Part shown: positions 56,863 to 64,000 of the stretch, in pieces
How the letters are laid out: each line of letters begins with the position of its first letter
Position numbering within the stretch: the first letter of the stretch is position 1
From: Bacteroidetes bacterium UBA3022
GTDB lineage: Bacteria; Bacteroidota; Bacteroidia; Chitinophagales; BACL12
NCBI GenBank assembly: GCA_002346225.1
Contig: DDYY01000055.1
Location: 20,986-84,985 of the forward strand
Direction of reading: 5' to 3'
DNA length: 64,000 nt
Position numbers and translations under genes: made by a program
The notes under the pieces: generated by a model
The model's input: the letters and a program-made list of their open reading frames with translations, nothing else
Database searches by the model: none
What the model was told of the DNA's origin: nothing

Positions 56863-58665
56863 ATGGCAAAGAAGAGTTTATATGAACCGCTATTGGTAGA
56901 AGCGGCCTGGGAAGTATGCAACCAGATTGGAGGTATTTATACCGTGGTGCGTTCGAAAGTACCCTATATTGTTGAGAAATGGGGAGAGCAGTATTGTCTG
57001 GTAGGACCCAAGCTGGGCACCCGTCTGCCGGCAGAGTTTGAAGAGTCGCTGGAGTGGGATGCAGATGACCCATGCGGGAAGGCCGTATTGGCTATGCGGA
57101 AAATGGGCTATGAAGTCCACTATGGGAGATGGTTAACCCAGGGCACACCCAAGGTGGTGTTGATGGCACCATCAGAAGCGCTGCCGGAGCTGAAGGAAAT
57201 TCGACAGAACCTGCTGACCCATCATCATATCAATATTTTCAATCCGGATGACTTGTTGCAGGATGTCATTCTTTTCGGTCATCTGTTGTACAAGTTTTTT
57301 GCAGCCCTGGAAGCGGCAGCTGGGGGCAGAGAAATCATAGGTCATTTCCATGAATGGATGACCGGTATGCCTATCGGAGATATTGAACGGAATAAACTGA
57401 AAATAAGAACGGTATTTACCACCCACGCAACCATGCTGGGAAGGTATGTAGCCATGAATGATAAAAACTTCTATAGAAACCTACCTTCCATTGAATGGTT
57501 GCCGGCGGCTCAGAAGTTTTACATTGAGCCCCAGGTAAGACTCGAACGATTGGCAGCTCAGAAGAGTACGGTGTTTACAACTGTAAGTGACGTTACGGGT
57601 AAAGAGTGTGAGTTTTTACTGGGTCGCAAGCCGGATATGATTTTGCCGAATGGTATCAACCTCCATCGGTTTATTGCTACCCATGAACTGCAAAACCTGC
57701 ACGGGCAGTTTAAAGAAAAGATTCATGAGTTTACCATGAGTCACTTCTTTCACAGCTATACATTCGACTTGGATGATACCGTGTATTTTTTCACATCAGG
57801 TAGATACGAATATTTTAATAAGGGATATGATTTGACGCTGGAAGCCCTCCGTCGACTCAACGAACGGATGAAGAAAGAAAATATTAGTACAACTGTAGTA
57901 ATGTTTTTTATCACCAAGCAGCCGTTTGAATCCATTAATCCGAAGGTGTTACAAACACGTGCGGTCATGGATGAAATCAGAGAAACGTGCGAGGAGATTC
58001 TGAAGCAGATAAGGGAGAAATTGTTTAAAGCGGCAGCTGCCAATGCTGATCATCATTTACCCGAACTCAATGAGTTTGTCGACGATTACTGGAAGTACCG
58101 CTACAGAAAGATGATCCAGTCATGGAAAAGTGATTACTGGCCCATCGTAGTTACGCATAATCTGGTGAACGACGGTTCAGATGATATTATTAAATATCTG
58201 AGGGATACAGATCTGGTGAATAAACCCGATGACAGGGTGAAGATTATTTACCATCCCGACTTTGTAACGCCTACCAATCCGCTGTTCGGAATGGATTATC
58301 CGCAATTTGTGCGCGGTTGTCACCTGGGTATTTTTCCAAGCTATTATGAACCATGGGGCTATACACCTCTTGAATGTGTAGCACGCGGTGTGCCGGCTGT
58401 AACCAGCGATTTAAGCGGGTTCGGGGACTATTGCTTCAAGCGGTTCCGCAATCTGGAAGACAATGGTATCTATATCGTTAAGCGCAGAAATAAAACTTTC
58501 GACGAGTCTGCAGATCAACTTGCCGAAACCATGTACAGTTTCTTGCAACTGAACCGCAGAGACCGCATCATTCTGCGCAATACGGTAGAAAGCTACGCAG
58601 AGAACTTCAGCTGGGAGTCGCTGGTAGATGAATATGAAAAGGCCTACAGAGAGGTGCTTTCGTAG
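56863..58665 (+). CDS. Glycogen synthase, GT3 (eukaryote-type) family
   Basis: 600 aa. The N-terminus LVEAAWEVCNQIGGIYTVVRSK resembles the animal/fungal glycogen synthase signature (E.AWEVANKVGGIYTV). Also FHEWMTG, FTTHATMLGRY and a C-terminal GIFPSYYEPWGYTPLECVARGVPAVTSDLSGFG. Confidence 0.85.
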   Translation: MAKKSLYEPLLVEAAWEVCNQIGGIYTVVRSKVPYIVEKWGEQYCLVGPKLGTRLPAEFEESLEWDADDPCGKAVLAMRKMGYEVHYGRWLTQGTPKVVLMAPSEALPELKEIRQNLLTHHHINIFNPDDLLQDVILFGHLLYKFFAALEAAAGGREIIGHFHEWMTGMPIGDIERNKLKIRTVFTTHATMLGRYVAMNDKNFYRNLPSIEWLPAAQKFYIEPQVRLERLAAQKSTVFTTVSDVTGKECEFLLGRKPDMILPNGINLHRFIATHELQNLHGQFKEKIHEFTMSHFFHSYTFDLDDTVYFFTSGRYEYFNKGYDLTLEALRRLNERMKKENISTTVVMFFITKQPFESINPKVLQTRAVMDEIRETCEEILKQIREKLFKAAAANADHHLPELNEFVDDYWKYRYRKMIQSWKSDYWPIVVTHNLVNDGSDDIIKYLRDTDLVNKPDDRVKIIYHPDFVTPTNPLFGMDYPQFVRGCHLGIFPSYYEPWGYTPLECVARGVPAVTSDLSGFGDYCFKRFRNLEDNGIYIVKRRNKTFDESADQLAETMYSFLQLNRRDRIILRNTVESYAENFSWESLVDEYEKAYREVLS

Positions 58666-58667
58666 TT

Positions 58668-60548
58668 CTATCTAATCAGTTGGAAGCTGCCCTTGGTGGT
58701 AAAGTCTTCACCAGTGTTGAAGGAGGCATCTATGAAATATACATAGGATCCCATTTCCTGTTCTACACCTTCGAATGTTCCGTCCCATCCGGCGAAGTAA
58801 TCAGCGCTGTTGGTTTCGTACACCAACTGACCCCAACGGTTGTAAATTGCCATATAGTAGGAACTCAGATTGAAGGCAATACCCTGGAATAAATCATTGA
58901 TATTATCTCTGTTGGGTGAAAAGGCATTCGGCACGAGCACTTCATTGCTGTAAATAACTGTAACAACAATGGTATCAATGGCGAAACATCCGTTAACGTC
59001 CGTAATGGATACGAAATAGGTGGTGGTGACAGATGGTGAAACTGTATATATGAAACACGGGTCATCTTCACAACCCAGCACTCCGCCATCGGGTGCCCAG
59101 TTCACACCTATCAGATCGGTAGTAGATGAGGTGGCTGTAAGTTCAGTGCTAAGGCCAAAAGTAATAGCCACATCCGGACTGGCTGTAATGGAAATAGGAT
59201 CAGGTTCTGTGATACTAAAGGTCGTTTCCTGGGAACAGCCATTATTGTCTGTTACTACTACGTTATAATCACCGGCACCTAATTCAGTAAGGTCTGCATC
59301 CGTTGGATTGCCGTTGATGGTTATGGTATAAGGGGTAACGCCTCCTTCTATATCTACGGTAGCACTACCATTGGTAAAACCAAAGCATTGAGCGTTTTCG
59401 ATGTCTTCGATAGTTACGGCGATAGGTTCCTGTTCGAGAACATCAAAAAGAAATGTTTTTTCACATCCATCGCTGGCAGTTACTATAACAGAATAGGAGC
59501 CTGCCGCCAGTCCGCTGACACTATTGGTACCCGTTGCACCGGTAGACCATTCGTAAGTATAAGGACCTGCCCCGTCTAGTGCGATGCTGGCACTACCATC
59601 GGTGGCGCCTCCGCAGGATACATCATTGACCGTTAAGGTGCCGGAGAAGCTTTCACCTACTGTAATGGTTACTTCATCTGAAAATTCAGTTCCGTCGCAT
59701 AATGTTTGCACAACTGTATATACTGTGGTTACTTCCGGTGCAACATCTACTTCTGGTCCGCTGCCTATCAAGGTGCCGTCTTCATCAAACCAGCTGATAA
59801 ATGTGGTGTACCACCTCCAGGATTCATTGGTGGCAGACCAATCGGTTGCGTTTCTTCCATCTACCGTAAAAGCAATGGTACCATCTGCGTTTTGAAGACC
59901 TTGAGTTGCTATACCTAAATCCCAGGTAGGGCACACAAGTACTTCTGTGAAATGATTGTCTATGAAATTGGTGGTCTCATGAAGTACTATCTGGAAAGTA
60001 CCTGCATCGGAAGTGCAGGAAAACAGCGGAACTTCATCGTAGGTTACTACCAGTCTTCTGTCGGGAGCAGTTCCCGTGGTTTCATAAGATACGCAACCTG
60101 TACAAAGACCAGTGTGCCAGTCGGTCCAGGGTGCAAATATAGCTGCCTTGGGTACATTGGTCGCTGCATCCGGTATCGGTCCGTCAGGTGTCCAGTTACC
60201 AGCCCATCCCGGTCCGGGTTCAATGAAGCTGATCCATCCGTTGGAACAAACATAAAACTCATCGTATACCTCACCGAAGAAACAGAATTCAAAGCCAATC
60301 GGGAAAGGGCCTTCATATGTATCATCCACCATGGTGATGTCTGTTCCGGATGTTTCTTCCGGTAGATAAGGAATTTCTTCATATGTATAACAGTCCCCGC
60401 AAAATACAGATGCGTCTGAACCGAGTGTTACAGTCTCGCCGCTGCAAATAGTGGTGTCGGGGAAGCCTGTAATTTGTGCCTGAACAGACAGGGGAAGGAT
60501 CAATGTAACAGCACTAAATAAGGCGATGATGAGTGGAGTTCTTAACAT
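58668..60548 (-). CDS. T9SS type B sorting domain (gliding-motility C-terminal domain) protein with SprB-type repeats
   Basis: 626 aa with a signal peptide. SprB-like repeats are present (VNDVSCGGATDGSASIALDGAGPYTYEWS; IENAQCFGFTNGSATVDIEGGVTPYT). The C-terminus is VPNAFSPNRDNINDLF...IYNRWGQLVYE...GWDGTF...GSYVYFI. Confidence 0.85.
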   Translation of the reverse strand: MLRTPLIIALFSAVTLILPLSVQAQITGFPDTTICSGETVTLGSDASVFCGDCYTYEEIPYLPEETSGTDITMVDDTYEGPFPIGFEFCFFGEVYDEFYVCSNGWISFIEPGPGWAGNWTPDGPIPDAATNVPKAAIFAPWTDWHTGLCTGCVSYETTGTAPDRRLVVTYDEVPLFSCTSDAGTFQIVLHETTNFIDNHFTEVLVCPTWDLGIATQGLQNADGTIAFTVDGRNATDWSATNESWRWYTTFISWFDEDGTLIGSGPEVDVAPEVTTVYTVVQTLCDGTEFSDEVTITVGESFSGTLTVNDVSCGGATDGSASIALDGAGPYTYEWSTGATGTNSVSGLAAGSYSVIVTASDGCEKTFLFDVLEQEPIAVTIEDIENAQCFGFTNGSATVDIEGGVTPYTITINGNPTDADLTELGAGDYNVVVTDNNGCSQETTFSITEPDPISITASPDVAITFGLSTELTATSSTTDLIGVNWAPDGGVLGCEDDPCFIYTVSPSVTTTYFVSITDVNGCFAIDTIVVTVIYSNEVLVPNAFSPNRDNINDLFQGIAFNLSSYYMAIYNRWGQLVYETNSADYFAGWDGTFEGVEQEMGSYVYFIDASFNTGEDFTTKGSFQLIR

Positions 60549-60706
60549 AAAAACGCTTGTTGAAAGTGGAATTAAAAATAGACATTTTTAATGTCCTTTT
60601 TTTCACTTACAAACCAGATATTGTGACAGCCTGTGCTTTAAGATAATATGCACAATTGCAACATTTGCATGCTCCATTTCGTTTTTAAACTAAACCCTAT
60701 TCTTCT

Positions 60707-60892
60707 ATGACTATGCTTGAATATTGTAAACTGATTCTGGAGAAGGTCAGTTTCGATGTAGTGCTGTTCAGAAGAGAGTTCCGAAAAGCACTCCGCAACT
60801 TATTGCCGCATGAAGTGCAGGATTTGAAGCAGTGGTGCATCACCACTTTCGGTTTGGCTTACTGTGTAGCCGCCGATCCCGCCTTCGCTTGA
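60707..60892 (+). CDS. Small hypothetical protein (61 aa), weak call
   Basis: It is the only ORF in a 500-bp gap. It reads as a helical-looking, non-repetitive sequence (MTMLEYCKLILEKVSFDVVLFRREFRKALRNLLPHEVQDLKQWC...). No recognisable promoter or terminator. Confidence 0.35.
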   Translation: MTMLEYCKLILEKVSFDVVLFRREFRKALRNLLPHEVQDLKQWCITTFGLAYCVAADPAFA

Positions 60893-61052
60893 TGGTTTTT
60901 TCTATTATTGCTTTTGATGGCGTTTTTTTGCCGCAGGAGCGTTGTGCCAGTTTTTTGACACAACGGTATACCTATGAGGGAGAACGTTGCGCAGAGGCCA
61001 AGTAAAAAAACATTTTTATTTAGTGAAATTGATTGCCCTAACCTATTGACAA

Positions 61053-62681
61053 TCAATACTTTATTCTAAACTTGGTGGTGTATTCCCAATTTGGGCGAAT
61101 AGTGAGCTCCGCCTCGTAATAAAAGGTCCTTTCCGGCTGCCGTTTGTCAGGAAAAGAGCCGGTATCCCATTTGCCATTTCTATTGGCATCATCGATAATC
61201 CGCAATCGATAGGTTTCAGGAAGCAGATTTTTCCAGACTATTTGCGTGGAGTCTGAGAATGCCGGTAGTTGTTGTCTGCTTTTAATACTTCCGTCTTTTC
61301 TGATCAGCTCCGCAATATAATTGTGCTGTCCGGGTGCAATGAGTTCTATGAGTAGTTGCCCGTATTCTTCCTGCGCCCTTGTACGAAAAGCGTATTGAAG
61401 CGAATCGTTGACGCGGCCGTACAGGTCGTTGGTGGCTCCTTTTTTCAGCATGAGGGAGTAGGCCGTATCATTCAGCCAGGTTGATGTTATGAGAAGTTTT
61501 TCGGGGTGGATACTATCAATACTTGCGGTAAAGGGCATTATTGTCCGGCCGCTATCAATGGTAAGGAGCATGCTGTCTATCGCCCATCCCACCAGCGGAA
61601 CCTCGAAAGAGAGGATGGCCGGCGTTGCTAATTCTTGCGATGGGAGCCGGCTTCTACTGCTCTCTCCCCCTGTCGGCGGCGCATTGGTCCACTTATTGGC
61701 ACGCGACAGAAAGGCACTGTCAATGGGTTCCAGCGGTAGAGATAGAGTGGTATCCATCATTCCCTGTTGAATACCTAAGCGCAGTGTATCGGGAACAGGT
61801 TGAGGATGCCAAAGGGTAACAGTGTCTTTTCTGCTATTGGATATAAGTAACAGAGAAGCAGAGGTGTCAACAGGCTCTATGCTGAAACTGTCTACCGGTG
61901 CACTCCAGATCAGCCTTGTTTTTCCGGGTCCGACAGCGCGTATATCACTGATAAATACCAATTCGTTTGCCTGTTCGAACAGCGAAAGTTGTATGCCTAC
62001 CGTATCGCCTGTCAACACCAGAGAATCATTCATGAATGCAATGGCCTCGTTGGGAAGGTCATAGAAGTAATTAAAGTTCTGATCCCTCAGTCCGTAGACG
62101 CGGTAGTTGCCTTCCTTGATGTGGTTGATAGTGAAGTTGCCCGACGCATCGCTCTTGGCAAAGTAGGTGGGCTTTTGCTTTTGAAATGCTGAGTCGGCTG
62201 TATTTCTGTAGAGCAATACCAGTGTTTTTTCCGGTATTTCTCCGGAAAATGCGTCGCGCACACTGCCTTTTACGGTCAATGAATCCAGCTCATCTCCGGT
62301 AGAAAAGGCATAGACATAATTGGAAAGCCGGTTGTTTTCGGTTATATCGCCGATGCAATCTCCAAACTGAATGGTGTAGGTAGTAGCTTCCAGCAATGTG
62401 TCTTCTATATTGATAATAATGCTTTTTCCCTTTACACGAATATCCGGAAATGCATTGAGCGGAGGGCTGATGACTACCTGGTTGAAAGCATCATTCAGCT
62501 GAATGTATTCGTCAAACTTAATTTCTATTCTGCTCGATTGGAATTGCAGACTTTCATTAGGAGGGGATTCTGATAAGATAGCAGGAGGCGTAGTGTCTTT
62601 GTCGCCACCAGACGGGGGTACAATATTGGCGCATGAGCCTAATAGTAGCGACAGTATTACATAAGGGAATAGATATCTCAT
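61053..62681 (-). CDS. Ig-like (SbsA-type) domain-containing lipoprotein
   Basis: 542 aa with lipobox LLLGSCANIVPPSGGDKDTTPP followed by Ig-like beta-rich sequence. The start overlaps the mnmG stop by 4 nt. Confidence 0.65.
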   Translation of the reverse strand: MRYLFPYVILSLLLGSCANIVPPSGGDKDTTPPAILSESPPNESLQFQSSRIEIKFDEYIQLNDAFNQVVISPPLNAFPDIRVKGKSIIINIEDTLLEATTYTIQFGDCIGDITENNRLSNYVYAFSTGDELDSLTVKGSVRDAFSGEIPEKTLVLLYRNTADSAFQKQKPTYFAKSDASGNFTINHIKEGNYRVYGLRDQNFNYFYDLPNEAIAFMNDSLVLTGDTVGIQLSLFEQANELVFISDIRAVGPGKTRLIWSAPVDSFSIEPVDTSASLLLISNSRKDTVTLWHPQPVPDTLRLGIQQGMMDTTLSLPLEPIDSAFLSRANKWTNAPPTGGESSRSRLPSQELATPAILSFEVPLVGWAIDSMLLTIDSGRTIMPFTASIDSIHPEKLLITSTWLNDTAYSLMLKKGATNDLYGRVNDSLQYAFRTRAQEEYGQLLIELIAPGQHNYIAELIRKDGSIKSRQQLPAFSDSTQIVWKNLLPETYRLRIIDDANRNGKWDTGSFPDKRQPERTFYYEAELTIRPNWEYTTKFRIKY

Positions 62682-64000
62682 CGTCCCATATAGACCATCA
62701 AAACAGAAATGTCCGCCGGAGAAACACCGCTAATGCGCGTTGCCTGGCCTAATGTTTTGGGCTTTATTTTGCTCAATTTTTCCCTTGCTTCAGATGACAG
62801 GGAGGGCAATTGATGATAATTGAAGGATTCCAGGAGGGCAATATCTTCCAGCCGCTTCATTTTTTCTACCATTTCCAGCTCTTTGGTTACATATCCTTCG
62901 TATTTAATCTGTATTTCGGCCTGTTCAATGTGATCCTTGGGATAGTGTTGTAGTTGTTCCTGCAGAGCAGGCAAAGCAGGCATCAAATCAACTATGGATA
63001 TGTGGGGCCTGGATACCACGCCCGCGAGTTTCATCTTTTGTTTAAGGGGTGCAGATGACTGTGCTTCCAGCACCCCGTTTACCTGGTCTGGGCTCACCGA
63101 CATTTCTTCCAGTAAGCGTATTATGGCTGCTGTATGTGCTTTTTTCTCGATTACAGCGTCCATTCTTTGCTGTGAGGCAAGGCCCAGGTGAAAAGCTTTT
63201 TCTGTAAGACGCAAATCAGCGTTGTCCTGGCGCAGCAACACCCGGAATTCCGCCCTGGAGGTAAACATGCGATAAGGCTCTTCTGTGCCCTTGTTGATAA
63301 GGTCGTCTATGAGTACGCCTATGTAGCCTTCAGAGCGGGAGATGGTAAAAGGAGCTTCGTCGCGTACCGCCAGATGGGCGTTAATTCCTGCCATAAGGCC
63401 CTGGCAGGCAGCTTCTTCGTAACCGGTGGTTCCGTTTATCTGACCGGCGAAATAGAGGTTTTTAACCAACTTGGTTTCCAGTGTATGGTGCAGCTGGACA
63501 GGAGGGAAATAGTCGTATTCTATGGCATAGCCGGGTCGAAACATTTTGACCTGTTCGAATCCGACCATCTTGCGGAGTGCTTTGAGTTGCACATCTTCCG
63601 GCAGGGAGGTAGAAAATCCGTTAACATATACCTCAACGGTGTCCCAGCCTTCCGGTTCCACAAAGATTTGATGCCGGTCTTTATCGGCAAAGCGGTCTAT
63701 CTTGTCCTCGATACTGGGACAATACCGCGGCCCCGGACCTTTAATGCGCCCGCTGAACATAGGAGAATCGTCGAATCCCTTGCGCAATTCCTGATGTACA
63801 ACATCGGATGTATACGTTACATAGCAGCTGCGCTGCGTGGTCAATAAGGGGGTGTCGGTATAGCTGAATTTGCCGGGGTTTTCATCTCCGGGCTGTTCTT
63901 CCATCACGGTGTAGTCCAGGCTTCGACCGTCTACCCGCGGCGGAGTACCGGTTTTCATGCGCCCGCTTTCAAATCCGAGTTCTATCAACTGTTCTGTAAT
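62678..64000 (-). CDS. mnmG: tRNA uridine 5-carboxymethylaminomethyl modification enzyme MnmG (GidA); N-terminal part lies beyond the window
   Basis: The frame is open to the window end. MKTGTPPRVDGRSLDY, GPRYCPSIEDKI, FVEPEG, LYFAGQINGTTGYEEAACQGLMAGINA and C-terminal LGQATRISGVSPADISVLMVY are all present. Confidence 0.95.
   Translation of the reverse strand: MTEQLIELGFESGRMKTGTPPRVDGRSLDYTVMEEQPGDENPGKFSYTDTPLLTTQRSCYVTYTSDVVHQELRKGFDDSPMFSGRIKGPGPRYCPSIEDKIDRFADKDRHQIFVEPEGWDTVEVYVNGFSTSLPEDVQLKALRKMVGFEQVKMFRPGYAIEYDYFPPVQLHHTLETKLVKNLYFAGQINGTTGYEEAACQGLMAGINAHLAVRDEAPFTISRSEGYIGVLIDDLINKGTEEPYRMFTSRAEFRVLLRQDNADLRLTEKAFHLGLASQQRMDAVIEKKAHTAAIIRLLEEMSVSPDQVNGVLEAQSSAPLKQKMKLAGVVSRPHISIVDLMPALPALQEQLQHYPKDHIEQAEIQIKYEGYVTKELEMVEKMKRLEDIALLESFNYHQLPSLSSEAREKLSKIKPKTLGQATRISGVSPADISVLMVYMGR

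Overview
This is a 64-kb chromosomal window from a Bacteroidota genome. The assignment rests on a SusC/SusD pair, three T9SS type-A and one type-B C-terminal sorting domains, and a Rho with a long N-terminal insertion. Content falls into four blocks. (i) An alpha-glucan/starch utilisation neighbourhood: GH77 MalQ, two divergent SLC45-like MFS transporters, a cyclomaltodextrinase-like GH13 abutting a Crp/Fnr regulator, SusC/SusD, a small T9SS-secreted protein and a 931-aa T9SS GH13. (ii) A tetR-tolC-MFP-RND efflux operon lies in the middle of that neighbourhood. It is bracketed by two clusters of a mosaic repeat family built on a 32-nt G-rich hairpin core (10 copies). These include two ~300-bp MITE-like units that tightly flank a DUF559 (Vsr-like) endonuclease gene. 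(iii) A CRTAC1 (FG-GAP/ASPIC-UnbV) plus PAP2/vanadium-haloperoxidase-like pair lies divergent from susC. (iv) A housekeeping block: nadD, nadA, tsaB, M28 and S41 peptidases, yidD-rnpA-rpmH, rho, serS, asd, a UvrD-type helicase-nuclease, a GT3-type glycogen synthase and mnmG. I saw no rRNA, tRNA, CRISPR array or cas genes. The best candidates for something undescribed are the hairpin-core repeat family with the DUF559 gene sitting exactly between inverted cores, and the inverted compound repeats bracketing the efflux operon. Others are the uncharacterised SusCD/CRTAC1/haloperoxidase-like cluster, a module shared by the two T9SS proteins, and a dense TGTG(G/T)ATA 9-mer cluster between nadD and nadA. 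All functional calls rest on motif recognition by eye; no database search was run.
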